Below are positions 25,638 through 26,902 of a stretch of DNA of 26,902 nt, in pieces (positions within the stretch are counted from its first letter, which is position 1; each line of letters starts with the position of its first letter). Both the position numbers and the translations under genes were made by a program. The DNA is from a virus (Duplodnaviria; Caudoviricetes), in IMG/VR virus record IMGVR_UViG_3300009193_001313, positions 1 through 26,902 of that record; one strand, 5' to 3'. The notes below the pieces were generated by a model. That model searched no databases, was not told the DNA's origin, and saw only the letters and a list, made by a program, of their open reading frames with translations.

Positions 25638-26825
25638 ATGTTTTGGCCCTTAATGAAAGAAATCATAACAAAAGAACACAAAGAAGTTCTAACAGATTTT
25701 ATAACAAACAATAGTAGATTAACAAATGGACCTAAAGTTGCAGAGTTCGAAAAGCAATGGTCAGACTGGCTAGGTGTAAAACACTCATTGATGGTATCAT
25801 CAGGCAGCACTGCAAATTTTCTACTATTAGCAGCATTAAAAGAGCTTTATAAAATACCTGACGGTGCAAAAGTATTAGTTCCATCGATGACATGGGTAAC
25901 AAATATATCACCAGTTTTTCAATTGAATATGGAACCAATCTTTTGTGATGTAGATTACAAGACATTTAGCTTTTGTAAAGACCACTTAAAAAAGATAAAA
26001 GAAAAACATCCAGCAATTGGCATGATATGGATAACACACTTGCTAGGAATAGCTGCGGATACAAAGACATGCAGAGAATTATGGCCAGGTGCCCTGATTG
26101 CAGAAGACGTATGTGAATCACACGGTGTTGAAGTTGATGGTGTTAAAGCAGGTTCTGGAGATTATACACAAGGTGGGACATTTAGTTTCTATTTTGGACA
26201 CCACATGAGTACAATAGAAGGCGGTATGGTTTCAACAAATAACTTTAAACTTTATAATCTGATGAGGGCAAAAAGATCACATGGAATGGTAAGAGAAATG
26301 TTCGAACCAGAAAAATCAAAATACATCAATGAGTATAAAGAAATACATCCAGCATTTCTATTTGTAACAGATGGTTATAATTTTAGAAGTACAGAATTAA
26401 ATGCTGTCTTAGGAATGGAACAATTAAAAGATTTAGACGAATGGATAAAGATTCGAAAAGATAATCTAGATAAATTTATGAATATTCTTTCTAGCTACCC
26501 TTACACATTTAATTCTAATATTGAAACAAAAGGTAACTCAAGCTTTGCGCTTCCTTTTCTTTGTAAAGATAAAGAAACAAAACAAAATTTAGAAAAGCAT
26601 CTTAAAGATAACGGTGTAGAGACAAGGCCCTTAATAGGCGGTAACTTATTAAGACAACCTTTTCTATCAGAGTATGAGGCTGATCCAGATGTGAACCATC
26701 CTGCAGATTTCCAAAAAGTAGAAGACTTACATGAAACAGGATTCTACATAGGAAACAATCATATGATAACAGATGACGATTTTGAAAAATTAAAACAATT
26801 AGTAAGGGACTTTTTTCTACCATGA
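25638..26825 (+). CDS. DegT-family PLP enzyme, ColD-like GDP-4-keto-6-deoxymannose 3-dehydratase
   Basis: SSGSTAN, EDVCESHG, and SFYFGHHMSTIEGG with His at the usual Schiff-base Lys position; adjacent to gmd. Confidence 0.85.
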   Translation: MFWPLMKEIITKEHKEVLTDFITNNSRLTNGPKVAEFEKQWSDWLGVKHSLMVSSGSTANFLLLAALKELYKIPDGAKVLVPSMTWVTNISPVFQLNMEPIFCDVDYKTFSFCKDHLKKIKEKHPAIGMIWITHLLGIAADTKTCRELWPGALIAEDVCESHGVEVDGVKAGSGDYTQGGTFSFYFGHHMSTIEGGMVSTNNFKLYNLMRAKRSHGMVREMFEPEKSKYINEYKEIHPAFLFVTDGYNFRSTELNAVLGMEQLKDLDEWIKIRKDNLDKFMNILSSYPYTFNSNIETKGNSSFALPFLCKDKETKQNLEKHLKDNGVETRPLIGGNLLRQPFLSEYEADPDVNHPADFQKVEDLHETGFYIGNNHMITDDDFEKLKQLVRDFFLP

Positions 26826-26902
26826 AAAATAAATCAGATGTAGTAATTTATCTCTGCGGATTTACCGGGAGAAATGGATGGAACACTTGCCACTGGCCGT
26901 GG
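26822..26902 (+). CDS. 5' end of the next gene, truncated (MKNKSDVVIYLCGFTGRNGWNTCHWPW…)
   Basis: ATGA overlap with the upstream stop; frame open to the window end. Confidence 0.65.
   Translation, partial: MKNKSDVVIYLCGFTGRNGWNTCHWPW

Noticed and set aside
1998-26823. Minus-strand ORFs and short nested plus-strand ORFs in the track (e.g. 1998-2588, 4830-5159, 11271-11612, 13444-13641)
   Set aside because: They overlap well-supported plus-strand genes for all or nearly all of their length and show no motifs; they are shadow frames.
1-26902. Stop-codon reassignment or suppressor tRNA
   Set aside because: Genes are full length in code 11, TAA/TAG/TGA all end genes at sensible places, and both tRNAs have sense anticodons.

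Overview
AT-rich, gene-dense window with every convincing gene on the + strand and many overlapping stop/start codons. It is best read as the replication and nucleotide-metabolism region of a large tailed dsDNA phage (inference from gene content; no virion genes are in the window). Four blocks: (1) SSB, RecA/UvsX, 5'-3' exonuclease, DnaB/gp41-type helicase and a B12-dependent class II ribonucleotide reductase; (2) a TonB-dependent receptor with a perfect H-type pseudoknot in its leader, then tRNA-Ala, a CCA-ended hairpin, tRNA-Gln and a nucleotidyltransferase; (3) a nucleotide-remodelling block around a DnaE polymerase: NDT-family N-glycosidase, HD phosphohydrolase, ThyX homologue with altered active-site residues, all-alpha dNTP pyrophosphatase, PhoH, dNMP kinase fused to a minimal thymidylate-synthase-fold domain carrying the dCMP-specificity Asp, dCMP deaminase and a DUF1599/Nmad1-like protein; (4) three glycosyltransferases, Gmd and a ColD-like dehydratase. 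The strongest candidate for a new system is a pre-replicative pyrimidine-modification pathway, possibly with glycosylation. Two candidate structured RNAs and two repeated promoter motifs are also visible. Family calls come from motif recognition by eye, not database searches.
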